Source: an uncultured Clostridia bacterium
GTDB taxonomy: Bacteria > Bacillota > Clostridia > TANB77 > CAG-508
Reading direction: 5' to 3'
NCBI GenBank assembly: GCA_934162535.1
Contig: CAKPJC010000004.1
Coordinates: forward strand, 30,540 to 94,539
DNA length: 64,000 bases
Part shown: positions 27,717 through 37,925 of the stretch, in pieces
How positions within the stretch are numbered: position 1 is the stretch's first letter
How the letters are laid out: the number at the start of each line of letters is the position of its first letter
The notes under the pieces: generated by a model
Database searches by the model: none
Seen by the model: only the letters and a program-made list of their open reading frames with translations
Told to the model about the DNA's origin: nothing
Position numbers and translations under genes: made by a program

Positions 27717-29954
27717 TTAAATTCTTTCATGAATTGTTCTATTTATAACATCTAACTGTTGTTCTCTTGTAAGTTTTGTGAAGTTTACAGCATATCCAGA
27801 TACTCTTATTGTTAGTTGTGGATATTTTTCAGGATGCTCCATTGCATCTTCTAGTAATGCTCTATCAAATACATTTACATTTATGTGATGTCCTGTTTGT
27901 GCAAAATATCCATCTAACATACTTACTAAATTATTTATTTTTGTTTCTTCATCTTGTCCCAATGTTGCTGGCGTAATTGCAAATGTGAATGATATTCCAT
28001 CTTCTGAGTCTTCAAATGGTAATTTTGCAATTGAGTTCATTACTGCTAAAGCTCCATTTACATCTCTGCCATGTAATGGGTTTGCACCTGGTCCAAATGG
28101 GGCTCCTGCTCTTCTTCCATCTGGTGTATTTCCAGTTGCTTTTCCATATACAACATTTGATGTTATTGTTAATATTGATAATGTGTGTTTTGAGTTTCTA
28201 TATGTTGGATGTTTTTTTAGTTTATTTAAAAATCTTCTTACAACCTCAACTGCTATTTGGTCAACTTTATCATCATTGTTTCCAAATTGAGGATATTCTC
28301 CTTCTACTTGATAGTCCGTTGCTAATCCTGTTTCATCTCTGATTATCTTTACTTTTGCATATTTTATTGCAGAAAGCGAGTCTGCAACTACTGATAGTCC
28401 TGCAATTCCGCATGCCATTGTCCTTAGTATGTCTTTGTCATGTAGAGCCATTTCTATTGCTTCATATGAGTATTTGTCATGCATATAATGGATTGCATTT
28501 AGTGCTTTTATATATATTTTTGCAACATAGTCCATCATTTGGTCAAATTTATAAATTACTTCATCATAGTTTAAATATTCTGATGTGATAGGCTCAAATC
28601 TTGGTGTAACCTGTTTTCCCGTTTTTTCATCTCTACCACCATTTATTGCATATAATAGTGTTTTTGCTAAATTTGCTCTTGCGCCGAAGAATTGCATTTG
28701 CTTTCCTATTTTCATTGGTGATACGCAACATGCTATTCCATAGTCATCTCCTAATGTTGCTCTCATAACATCATCATTTTCATATTGTATTGAAGATGTT
28801 TTTATTGATAGTTTTGCAGTATATTTTTTGAACCCTTCTGGTAGTCTTGTTGACCATAATACTGTTAAGTTTGGTTCTGGTGCTGGTCCTAAGTTTTCTA
28901 GTGTGTGTAATACTCTGAATGAGTTTTTTGTAACGAGTGTCCTTCCGTCTATTCCCATTCCTCCAATACTTTCTGTTACCCATACTGGATCTCCACTAAA
29001 TAATTCATTATATTCTGGTGTTCTTAAAAATCTTACTAGTCTTAGCTTCATTACAAAGTGATCCATTAATTCTTGTGCTTGTTCTTCTGTTATTGTTCCG
29101 TTTTTTAAGTCTCTTTCAATATATATATCTAAAAATGTTGATGTTCTACCAATGCTCATTGCAGCACCATTTTGGTCTTTTACTGATGCTAAATATCCAA
29201 AGTATAACCATTGAATTGCCTCTTTCGCATTTTCTGCTGGTCTTGATATGTCATATCCATATTTTTCTGCCATTGTTTTTAATTCATTAAGTGCTTTTAT
29301 TTGTTCTGCAATTTCTTCTCTTTCTCTAATTACTTTTTCTGAGAAGTCATCAACATCCAATATTTCTAGCTCCTCTTTTTTTTCTGCGATTAAGCTATCA
29401 ACACCATATAGTGCAACTCTTCTATAGTCTCCTATAATTCTTCCTCTTCCATATCCGTCTGGAAGCCCTGTAATTAAGTGTGCACTTCTTGCAGCTCTTA
29501 TATCTGGTGTATATACATCAAATACTCCATCATTATGAGTTTTTCTTACTGTATGAAATATTTTATCTGTTTCTGGATCTACTTGTCTTCCATATGCTTC
29601 ACATGATTTTTCTACAATTCTGATTCCTCCAAATGGCATTATTGCTCTTTTTAGTGGTGCATCTGTTTGTAATCCAACTATTTCTTCTAATTCTCTATCT
29701 ATATATCCTGCTTCATGCGCTGATACTGTTGATACCGTTTTGGTGTCTATATCTAACACTCCTCCTCGTGAATCATGTTCTTTTTTATATAATTCTAAAA
29801 CTTCATCCCATAATTTTTTTGTTTTTTCTGTTGTTCCTGCCAAGAAATTCGAATCTCCTTCATATGGTGTATAATTTTTTTGTATGAAGTTCCTTACATT
29901 TATTTGTCTTTTCCATTCGCCTTTTTCAAAACCTTTCCATTGTTCAAATTCCAT
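27717..29954 (-). CDS. pflB: Formate C-acetyltransferase (pyruvate formate-lyase)
   Basis: 745-aa ORF with the glycyl-radical motif [11 protein letters not shown] and active-site CCVSP. Confidence 0.97.
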   Translation of the reverse strand: MEFEQWKGFEKGEWKRQINVRNFIQKNYTPYEGDSNFLAGTTEKTKKLWDEVLELYKKEHDSRGGVLDIDTKTVSTVSAHEAGYIDRELEEIVGLQTDAPLKRAIMPFGGIRIVEKSCEAYGRQVDPETDKIFHTVRKTHNDGVFDVYTPDIRAARSAHLITGLPDGYGRGRIIGDYRRVALYGVDSLIAEKKEELEILDVDDFSEKVIREREEIAEQIKALNELKTMAEKYGYDISRPAENAKEAIQWLYFGYLASVKDQNGAAMSIGRTSTFLDIYIERDLKNGTITEEQAQELMDHFVMKLRLVRFLRTPEYNELFSGDPVWVTESIGGMGIDGRTLVTKNSFRVLHTLENLGPAPEPNLTVLWSTRLPEGFKKYTAKLSIKTSSIQYENDDVMRATLGDDYGIACCVSPMKIGKQMQFFGARANLAKTLLYAINGGRDEKTGKQVTPRFEPITSEYLNYDEVIYKFDQMMDYVAKIYIKALNAIHYMHDKYSYEAIEMALHDKDILRTMACGIAGLSVVADSLSAIKYAKVKIIRDETGLATDYQVEGEYPQFGNNDDKVDQIAVEVVRRFLNKLKKHPTYRNSKHTLSILTITSNVVYGKATGNTPDGRRAGAPFGPGANPLHGRDVNGALAVMNSIAKLPFEDSEDGISFTFAITPATLGQDEETKINNLVSMLDGYFAQTGHHINVNVFDRALLEDAMEHPEKYPQLTIRVSGYAVNFTKLTREQQLDVINRTIHERI

Positions 29955-30134
29955 CTTAAATCACATTCCTTTCGTATTTTTCTTTATTATCTAGTGTTTA
30001 CATTTTTTTATTTTTTTAAACATTTGTATTATAACACAAAAAAAATTAATTTGTTAATTTTTTTTTATTTTTTCTACTGTTAATTTTTTCATTTTTTCTA
30101 CTTTACATAATTTTGCCACTATGATATAATTATA

Positions 30135-32234
30135 ATGATTATAATGAAGAAAGGATTTGATTTTATAATGGATAAAAAATCAAAAAAAGATGTAGTTTCA
30201 TATACTAGCCCTCAAAAAAAATTTGTATCACAAAAAACTCCACTTGGATATGAGGAAAAATTGAAACTAATGTTAGAGTATATGAACGAAACGGGTAATC
30301 CTATCAAAAATACAACAATATATAAAGGATATAATCTTGGCTCTATGAAAGCTAATCTTAGAACCAGCTATTGGAAAGGAACTTTAAAATCAAGAATAGA
30401 TTCAGATTTGTTACAGGCATTTTTAGATAATGGCATATTGTCTGATAAAAAGGAGAGAATAAGAACTTCAGGTCAAGAAAAATATGATTTCCTTATGTCT
30501 TTAATTGGAAAAGATGAAAAAGAATTATCTCAAGCAAAAATGGCTAATGGAGTATCCTATTCTGAAATATTAAAAAAATTACAATTTCAATATAACAGAG
30601 GAAAACTAGACTTAGCTCCATCCCAAATTGAGGATTTAATGCAACATGGATTTCTATCACATTCTCCAAAGGAGATACAAGAGCAATTATCTAATGAATA
30701 TGGCATTCCTCAACGCTATATGGAAAAAATATTACAAGATTTTGGTTCTGCTAAAAATTTTATAGACAAATATAAAAGAAATGAATGCGATTTTGATTTT
30801 GGTAAGACTTTTGTTGGCCCAAGAATAGTTACAGTATCATCAAGAGATTTGACTGAAAAGCAAAAGTTGGCCTATTATACATTATATCAAGATGCTATGA
30901 CAGGGTGGTCATGGTCATATGGATGGTTTTTTGATTCACGACATATAGATAATCCTCGTTCATATTTAGATATTGATGTATTAGATAACATTCTTTCTGA
31001 AAAACTTGATGACATAACAAGAGAAGATTTTAGAAAATTATATGGACTTGATGGTGAAAAAGTAAGTGCAAAATCACTTGCTGAATCAAGAGGTATTTCC
31101 GGTAACTGGATGAGGGAGAAGAAACAAAGAAATTCGAGTAAACTCCGTAACCTTGTAAAAAGAAGAGCATTAGTATCTGATCCTTATCCAAATGAACTTA
31201 ATAGTGAATTACAGGCTTTAAAAAAACAAAGATCTATTGTATCTGCAATTGAAACCATCTTCATAGCTCATAAAATATCACCTTATAGTACAATTAGTGA
31301 TTTGGATATTTCAGATGAAGCATTTTCTGAAATTCTTGATAGTGCAATACCTGAATTTAAACATCTTTTTCCAGATCTAGCTCAACATTCTTTATTTGAT
31401 ATTTGTGAGCATTCTGAAGAATTATATAAAATTGTAGAAGATTACATTTATGGGGATTGTGACTATAGAATAACTTGTTTAGAAGAAAAAAAAGAAAAAG
31501 GAAAACAATTTGATGCTGTATATTCAAAAGCAAGCGATTATTATTTTAACAGTGAAAATATTTTCGACCCTGATACAATAGTTCCTGCAATTAAGAGAGA
31601 AAAAGTTGAAAAAATGTCCAAAAATTCATCTCTTTATGATTACAATGATGGTAATATAACATCTTTACAACTTCCAATTTACTCTCTAATGTGTCTGCAT
31701 AATTCTGGAATACGAAAATTAAATGATATTTATTCCCATGGTACTAAAAAGGAAGATGTCGTACATTTCTTAGAAAGTATTAATGGATTAACTGAAACAG
31801 ATATAAATACTATTGTTAATAAGCTTCCATTGAGTTTAACAGAAGAAAAAACTGATTTCTCAATTTTGTCTTTTGGTATCAGCACTAGAGGTATTAATAT
31901 CTTAATTAAAAATAACATTATGTCCCTTGATGATTTATTTGCTTTTAATAATGGTAAAGATTTGTACAAAACTTTAGTAAAGACTTTAAAATTGGACAGA
32001 GATGCTAGAGTAATAGAATCATTTTTAATACACCATAATATTTTGGACCCATCTGGTGATATTATTGCTATCAATGGTAGTTCTACTAATTCGGCTGATA
32101 TTCAAGAAACTGAGCAAGAAAGAAAAGCAAAGCTTATACAACTTATACAAAAAAATCAAAAATTGCTAAGGGAACTTGAACAACAAATTACTGAAAACGA
32201 AAAAAATAAAGACCATTCTGATGATGGTAGATAA
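30135..32234 (+). CDS. Hypothetical multi-domain DNA/RNAP-binding-like protein (two helicase-associated-like repeats, a sigma-70 region-4-like HTH, two RpoA-CTD-like HhH modules)
   Basis: 699-aa ORF; the start codon is uncertain among several Met. HA-like: YKGYNLGSMKANLRTSYWKGTL...LLQAFLDNGIL and a second repeat. r4-like: FRKLYGLDGEKVSAKSLAESRGISGNWMREKKQR. HhH-like: LQLPIYSLMCLHNSGIRKLNDI and ILSFGISTRGINILIKNNIMSLDDL. Confidence 0.45.
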   Translation: MIIMKKGFDFIMDKKSKKDVVSYTSPQKKFVSQKTPLGYEEKLKLMLEYMNETGNPIKNTTIYKGYNLGSMKANLRTSYWKGTLKSRIDSDLLQAFLDNGILSDKKERIRTSGQEKYDFLMSLIGKDEKELSQAKMANGVSYSEILKKLQFQYNRGKLDLAPSQIEDLMQHGFLSHSPKEIQEQLSNEYGIPQRYMEKILQDFGSAKNFIDKYKRNECDFDFGKTFVGPRIVTVSSRDLTEKQKLAYYTLYQDAMTGWSWSYGWFFDSRHIDNPRSYLDIDVLDNILSEKLDDITREDFRKLYGLDGEKVSAKSLAESRGISGNWMREKKQRNSSKLRNLVKRRALVSDPYPNELNSELQALKKQRSIVSAIETIFIAHKISPYSTISDLDISDEAFSEILDSAIPEFKHLFPDLAQHSLFDICEHSEELYKIVEDYIYGDCDYRITCLEEKKEKGKQFDAVYSKASDYYFNSENIFDPDTIVPAIKREKVEKMSKNSSLYDYNDGNITSLQLPIYSLMCLHNSGIRKLNDIYSHGTKKEDVVHFLESINGLTETDINTIVNKLPLSLTEEKTDFSILSFGISTRGINILIKNNIMSLDDLFAFNNGKDLYKTLVKTLKLDRDARVIESFLIHHNILDPSGDIIAINGSSTNSADIQETEQERKAKLIQLIQKNQKLLRELEQQITENEKNKDHSDDGR

Positions 32235-32250
32235 TTATATAGAACACATT

Positions 32251-32277
32251 CCCCCAGCAAGAATTACTTGCTGGGGG
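32251..32277. terminator. Bidirectional terminator between convergent genes
   Basis: Stem CCCCCAGCAAG / CTTGCTGGGGG (11 bp, GC-rich) followed by TTT. Confidence 0.7.
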
Positions 32278-32285
32278 TTTGAGTA

Positions 32286-33296
32286 TTATGCTTTCAGTGC
32301 TCTTCTGCAAAGGTACAGAGAGAGCATCTCGTACGGGTCAGTGAATCGCAGAGATCCAATCTTGTAGAGTACCAGCTCTTTTTTACCAGTACTCACTTCA
32401 ATTTCGATTGCTCTATCCTCACAGCGATACTTTTCAGTATCATTGTTTCTCAGATACTTCATTGCGTCTGAGAGTGGCTTAAGGTTCAGCTTAGAGGTGA
32501 ATGAATCATACACTAACTTTTCAGTTACCGTCCATTCTCCTTTCGAGAAGAGGTTCTCCTTGAACTTGCGAATTCTCGCAAAAGTCTCCAAGTCGGCTGT
32601 CTGAAAGTATACGTTCTGCCTACCAATTGGTAAGCCAACATGTTGCTTCATGGAAATGACATCCGAGATGTCAAACATCTCCACAACCTCTTTTAAGAGA
32701 ATCATGTTGATATTTTTTTCTTCCATCAAGCTGATGGAGCTTTCCCATGTTGCCTGAAGGAGCGTGTACATGTCATAGTTTCCAACGTCTTCTTCGTTCC
32801 AGCCTACAGATTTTGCCTCTTCTTCATACAACATATGTGGTCCACCCACAATGAATATGAAGAAAATCAGGAGGTACTTAATTGCCTCCATGTCAGTCAT
32901 GTTGACTGGCTTTTCCATTTTGGTCACAATATTTGCAACCAAGTCCTGGAAGCACCTGTCATAGACGTAGAGCATGTCTACCTTAACCAGACTCCGCATC
33001 GCATCATAGGTCCGAATTGCCTGATTTCTCAGCGCAATGTCTCGTTCGTTGTTGTGTCCATTCCGAAGGCTCTTGGATTTTGCAATAGTGCCTTCAACAA
33101 GACCGTACATCTTCTCCAATGTTTCCCTTTCCTTTTTGGGCAACATGTAGATTGCCTTTTCGAGAAGGTAGATATCCTCTACCTTTATTTGCACCAGAGA
33201 CTTGTCCTCTCCAATGGGGCGACGAATCTCATTCAGATCCTTGGCCAACTCTCTAAGCATTAGAGTGCTGTACTTTCTTTCCCGTTTCTTACTCAT
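32286..33296 (-). CDS. Hypothetical protein, compositionally foreign (about 40% GC by eye)
   Basis: The ORF track gives 32286-33314 from a TTG start. The ATG at 33296 follows the RBS AAGGAAG. N-terminal LPKKERETLEKMYGLVEG resembles a sigma region-4-like segment; the rest is unrecognised. At least four in-frame CGG codons where Arg fits. Confidence 0.5.
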   Translation of the reverse strand: MSKKRERKYSTLMLRELAKDLNEIRRPIGEDKSLVQIKVEDIYLLEKAIYMLPKKERETLEKMYGLVEGTIAKSKSLRNGHNNERDIALRNQAIRTYDAMRSLVKVDMLYVYDRCFQDLVANIVTKMEKPVNMTDMEAIKYLLIFFIFIVGGPHMLYEEEAKSVGWNEEDVGNYDMYTLLQATWESSISLMEEKNINMILLKEVVEMFDISDVISMKQHVGLPIGRQNVYFQTADLETFARIRKFKENLFSKGEWTVTEKLVYDSFTSKLNLKPLSDAMKYLRNNDTEKYRCEDRAIEIEVSTGKKELVLYKIGSLRFTDPYEMLSLYLCRRALKA

Positions 33297-33457
33297 AATG
33301 TTTCTTCCTTTCAAATTTATTTTAGGAATTGCTAATTGCCATGTGATTTATATCTTTAAACCACAATAGCAAGATGCGACTATTTGTCGCCATCTTGCTA
33401 TATTATACCACAACTTTACATAATTTAAAAGTTTTTTTTAAAATTTATGTAAAATTT

Positions 33458-35611
33458 TTACTGTATTTTCATTGATAAGCCTACTTTTTTACGTTCAGAA
33501 TCTATTTTTATTACTTTTACTTTTACAATGTCTCCAACTGATAATATGTCTGATGGGGATTTTATATATGAATCACTCATTTCTGATATATGTACAAGTC
33601 CATCATATTTTACTCCAATATCCACAAATGCCCCGAAATCTATAACATTACGCACTGTTCCTGTGAGTATCATTCCCTCTGTCAAGTCTTCAAATTTTAG
33701 TACATCGTTTCGCAAAATTGGTTTTGGCATATCATCTCTAGGGTCACGTCCTGGTTTTGACAATTCTGAAATTATGTCAGTAAGTGTCATCTCTCCTATT
33801 TCAAGTTCTTTTGATAATGTTGAAATATCAAGTGTTTTTAGTTTTTCTATAATTATTTTTAATTTTTCTTTATCTTTTAAGTCTGATTTGCTAAATCCTA
33901 TTTTTGATAATAGCTTTTCTGTTTGTTCATAACTCTCTGGGTGAACTGCTGTATTTTCTAGTGGATTTGTTCCATCTGGAATCCTTATAAACCCAGCACA
34001 TTGCTCATATGCAACTTTTCCTAGTTTTGGAACTTTTAGTAGCTCTTTTCTTTCTTTTAGTTTTCCATTTTCATCTCTATATTTTACAATGTTTTTAGCA
34101 ATTGTATTGTTTATTCCTGATACATAAGATAGCAATGATGGAGTTGCTGTGTTTACATCAACACCAACTTTATTAACGCTATCTTCTACCACTCCTGTTA
34201 AACTTTCAGATAGTTTCTTTTGATTTACATCATGTTGATATTGTCCAACACCTATTGCTTTAGGGTCAATTTTCACAAGTTCAGCTAATGGATCTTGTAA
34301 TCTACGAGCAATTGAAATTGCTCCTCTTATTGATACATTTATATCTGGATATTCTTCTGTTGCAAGTTTTGATGCAGAATATACTGATGCTCCTGCTTCA
34401 CTGACTATAACATAACAAATATCATGATTTACTTTTTTTATCATATCAGATACAAATTTTTCTGATTCACGCGATGCTGTTCCATTTCCTATTGCTATCA
34501 TGTCTACATGGTCTTTTTGTATTAGGTCTAATAGTATCTTTTTTGCACCTTCTTCATCATTTTGTGGTGCTGTTGGATATACTGTTGCCGTGTCTAAAAC
34601 TTTACCCGTTTCATCTATTACGGCGATTTTACATCCTGTTCTATATGCTGGGTCAAACCCCATTACTGTTTTTCCTTTTATCGGTGCTCCAAGTAATAGC
34701 TGTTTTGCATTTTGTCCAAAAACTTTTATCGCTTTTTCTTCTGCTTTTTCTGTTAAATCTGAGCGTATTTCTCTATCTACAGATGGTTCTATTAGTCTTT
34801 TAAATGCATCTAATATTGTTGTTTTTAACATTTCTGTAAATTGTGTTTTTTCCTTTATTATATCTCTTTCCATATAATATATTAGCTTGTCTTCTGGTTT
34901 TGTAATTGATACTTTTAAAAAGCCTTCACTTTCTCCTCTATTTATAGCCAATATTCTATGACTTGGAAGTTTGCATACTAATTCTGCAAAGTCATAATAC
35001 ATTTCATAATTTGATTTTTCATCTGGCTTTGATGCTTTTGTTGTGATAAGCCCTTCTCTATAGCATACTTTTTTTATGTATTTTCTGTATTGTGCATTGT
35101 CTGATATATTTTCAGCAATTATGTCTAATGCTCCTTGAATAGCTTCTTCAACATTTAGAACACCTTTTTCTTCATTTATAAATTCTAACGCAATTTCATT
35201 TATGTCTTTTTTCTCTTTTTGTTCAAATATTATGTTTGCAAGAGGTTCTAATCCTTTTGCTTTTGCTACTGTTGCTCTCGTTTTTTTCTTTTGTTTATAT
35301 GGTCTATATAAATCTTCAACTTCTGCAAGTGTCTCTGCTGATGCTATTGCAATTGTTAGTTCATCTGTTAGCTTTCCTTGCTCTTCTATTGATTTTATTA
35401 CTTCGCCTTTTCGTGTCTCAAGATTTCTAAGATATACTAATCTTTCTCCTAGTGTTCTTAATATCTCATCACTTAGTCCTCCTGTGACTTCTTTTCTATA
35501 TCGTGCAATAAATGGAATTGTATTTCCCTCATCAATTAATTTTACTGCATTTTCAACCTGTGTGTTTTTTACATTAAGTTCATTTGCTATTGTGTTTATT
35601 ATCTTATCCAT
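33458..35611 (-). CDS. tex: Tex-like transcription accessory protein (YqgF/HhH/S1 domains)
   Basis: 717-aa ORF. N-terminal IPFIARYRKE, C-terminal S1 domain GTVRNVIDFGAFVDIG...HISE. Confidence 0.93.
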   Translation of the reverse strand: MDKIINTIANELNVKNTQVENAVKLIDEGNTIPFIARYRKEVTGGLSDEILRTLGERLVYLRNLETRKGEVIKSIEEQGKLTDELTIAIASAETLAEVEDLYRPYKQKKKTRATVAKAKGLEPLANIIFEQKEKKDINEIALEFINEEKGVLNVEEAIQGALDIIAENISDNAQYRKYIKKVCYREGLITTKASKPDEKSNYEMYYDFAELVCKLPSHRILAINRGESEGFLKVSITKPEDKLIYYMERDIIKEKTQFTEMLKTTILDAFKRLIEPSVDREIRSDLTEKAEEKAIKVFGQNAKQLLLGAPIKGKTVMGFDPAYRTGCKIAVIDETGKVLDTATVYPTAPQNDEEGAKKILLDLIQKDHVDMIAIGNGTASRESEKFVSDMIKKVNHDICYVIVSEAGASVYSASKLATEEYPDINVSIRGAISIARRLQDPLAELVKIDPKAIGVGQYQHDVNQKKLSESLTGVVEDSVNKVGVDVNTATPSLLSYVSGINNTIAKNIVKYRDENGKLKERKELLKVPKLGKVAYEQCAGFIRIPDGTNPLENTAVHPESYEQTEKLLSKIGFSKSDLKDKEKLKIIIEKLKTLDISTLSKELEIGEMTLTDIISELSKPGRDPRDDMPKPILRNDVLKFEDLTEGMILTGTVRNVIDFGAFVDIGVKYDGLVHISEMSDSYIKSPSDILSVGDIVKVKVIKIDSERKKVGLSMKIQ

Positions 35612-35632
35612 TTTTTCCCTTTCATGTTGATT

Positions 35633-36703
35633 TTATCTTATATATTTATCTTGTATTTCTACTATTTTTTCATATTCATTATTTAATATGTCAAGAAATA
35701 CCTCTGCAATTTGTGGATCAAATTGTGTCCCTTCACATCTTTTTATTTCGTCTTTTACAAACTGCAAGTCTAATGCATCTCTATAACTTCTTTTACTTGT
35801 CATTGCATCAAATGTATCTGCAACTGCTGCTATTCTCGCTAAGTATGGTATGTCTTCGCCTTTTAAACCTGATGGGTACCCTCTACCATCATATCTTTCA
35901 TGATGATGCTTTACAATAGGTAATATGTCTTTGAATAGTTTCGCCGAACCTAAAATATGCACACCTATTGACGGATGGTTTTTTATTTCGGAGTATTCTT
36001 CATCAGTTAGTTTCGCTTGTTTTTGTAATATGCTGTCTGGAATACCTATTTTCCCTATATCATGGAATAATCCACCTATTCTTAATAATTTTATTTGATC
36101 CTCAGGTAACCCAAGTTTTTGTCCAATTAGTACCGAAAATTCTGACACTCTATCAGAATGACCTCTTGTATATGGATCTTTTGCTTCAACAGTATATCTT
36201 AGTGTTTCTATACTGTCTAAATATGCTTGTTCCAATTTTTCATTAGTCATTTCTAATTCTTCGTTTATTCTTTTTATTTCATTCATCTGTTTTATTGATT
36301 TTATTCCAGATTCAATAAGAAGTAATAATTGGTCAAATTTATCACTTTTCTCGCAATATCCCTGTATATCAAGTCTTTTTATTGTTTCTAATGGTGGGGC
36401 TAAATCTTTATGACCTGTTAATAATAATATATACAGTTCTTTATTGAATTTTCTTATTTCTTCTACTACTTCATCACCATGTAATGGTGTCATCATGAAG
36501 TCCAATAACATTAAGTCAAAATGTTCAGTTTTGACTCTTTCTATGGCCTCAACAGGATCTGTTATTCCAACAAAATCATAATTGGTTTTCTTTAGAAAAA
36601 CCTCCAGTGAGTCTATTATACCAGCTTCGTCATCTACTGCTATTATTTTAAATTTTTCTCCTTTTGTTTCGTTTAGTTGATTCTGAAGTGCCTTTCTCAT
36701 CAT
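35633..36703 (-). CDS. Response regulator with HD-GYP domain (putative c-di-GMP phosphodiesterase)
   Basis: REC domain KIIAVDDEAGIIDS...LMLLDFMMTPLHG. HD-GYP motifs HDIGKIGIP and HHERYDGRGYP. Start probably at MMRK; the track ORF begins at 36769. Confidence 0.85.
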   Translation of the reverse strand: MMRKALQNQLNETKGEKFKIIAVDDEAGIIDSLEVFLKKTNYDFVGITDPVEAIERVKTEHFDLMLLDFMMTPLHGDEVVEEIRKFNKELYILLLTGHKDLAPPLETIKRLDIQGYCEKSDKFDQLLLLIESGIKSIKQMNEIKRINEELEMTNEKLEQAYLDSIETLRYTVEAKDPYTRGHSDRVSEFSVLIGQKLGLPEDQIKLLRIGGLFHDIGKIGIPDSILQKQAKLTDEEYSEIKNHPSIGVHILGSAKLFKDILPIVKHHHERYDGRGYPSGLKGEDIPYLARIAAVADTFDAMTSKRSYRDALDLQFVKDEIKRCEGTQFDPQIAEVFLDILNNEYEKIVEIQDKYIR

Positions 36704-36913
36704 ACCACCCCTATTCTTGCATGTTTTTATTATATTAATTAATTGATTAAAAATCAAGTTTTTTGCCAATTTTTTTTATATTACACAATTATTACATATA
36801 TATTTCTTTTTTATGACATTTTATCATTTTATTTGATTTTTGTAATCCATCTTGATATACTAAAATTGAATTATTTTATGCTATTTTGTATTTATATGAG
36901 GAAGGATGTTAAT

Positions 36914-37168
36914 ATGTTTAATTTAGTTTTTGGCAAACTCGATTATTTTGAAAATAATTTAGATAAATTTAATACTTTAGAAAGCCCTAATGTTAGTCCT
37001 AATTCACTTATTGAATATAAGGAAATTGATGAGCCTTGTGTTTCTTTGACTATTATTGGTGAAAACAAACTTACTGATGCAGAAGTTTTTATAAGACGTG
37101 GTGCTAAGTTTTCTTTTAAGGCTTTTTTCTCGACTTTAGTTCTGACTTTTGTTAATTTATTTATTTAA
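36914..37168 (+). CDS. Small hypothetical protein
   Basis: ATG at 36914 after the RBS GAGGAAGG; 84 aa with a hydrophobic C-terminus. The upstream part of the track ORF (from 36743) looks non-coding. Confidence 0.35.
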   Translation: MFNLVFGKLDYFENNLDKFNTLESPNVSPNSLIEYKEIDEPCVSLTIIGENKLTDAEVFIRRGAKFSFKAFFSTLVLTFVNLFI

Positions 37169-37169
37169 A

Positions 37170-37207
37170 AAGGCAATTACTTTGTTATTGTAATTACCTT
37201 TTATTTT
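37170..37207. terminator. Bidirectional terminator (small ORF / cmk)
   Basis: Stem AAGGCAATTAC / GTAATTACCTT followed by TTATTTTT. Confidence 0.55.
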
Positions 37208-37872
37208 TACATTTTTGCTTTTATTTCTTTTTTTACTTTTTCAACAACTTCATCAATATTCATGTTTGATGTATCTATTAAAATCGCATCATCTGCTTTT
37301 TTTAATGCTCCATATTTTTTGTTTTTATCATTTGTGTCTCTTGTTATTATGTTTTCCAAAACCTCCTGATATGTTGTTTTCATTCCTTTTTCTACACATT
37401 CGTTATATCTTCTCTTAGCTCTTACTTCTTCATTTGCATCAAGATATATTTTTAAGTTTGCATTTGGAAATACCACTGTTCCTATGTCTCTTCCCTCAGC
37501 TATTACATTTTTTCCTTTTGCCATTTCTCTTTGTATTTCTACTAGTTTTTCTCTAACGGGAATAATTGCTGATATTTGAGATACCATTTTTGATACTGGC
37601 ATTTCTCTAATCTTTTTGCTTACATCTTCTCCATTTAGATAAATTACATCTTTTCCATCTTGCTTTTCTATTTTTATTTGCATATTGTTTAGTAATTCTA
37701 TTATTTCTTTTTCATTTTCTGCTTTTAGTCCATGTCTTATTGTCTCAAGAGCAACACACCTATATGTTGCTCCTGTGTCTAAATTTATTAGTCCCATTTC
37801 TTTTTCTATTTTTTTTGTTATTGTTCCTTTACCACTACCAGCTGGTCCATCTACTGCTACTATAAAACTCAT
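37207..37872 (-). CDS. cmk: Cytidylate kinase
   Basis: IVAVDGPAGSGKGT P-loop, GRDIGTVVFP, 221 aa. Confidence 0.93.
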   Translation of the reverse strand: MSFIVAVDGPAGSGKGTITKKIEKEMGLINLDTGATYRCVALETIRHGLKAENEKEIIELLNNMQIKIEKQDGKDVIYLNGEDVSKKIREMPVSKMVSQISAIIPVREKLVEIQREMAKGKNVIAEGRDIGTVVFPNANLKIYLDANEEVRAKRRYNECVEKGMKTTYQEVLENIITRDTNDKNKKYGALKKADDAILIDTSNMNIDEVVEKVKKEIKAKM

Positions 37873-37925
37873 TTTTCATTTTGTGGTATGTTTTATATAC
37901 CACACTCCCCTTTCCAATCAATATT

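Noticed and set aside
32176-32367. A plus-strand 63-aa ORF spanning the end of the 699-aa gene and the terminator.
   Set aside because: It crosses the strong bidirectional terminator hairpin and runs antisense into the GC-rich gene. It has no RBS and is an artefact.
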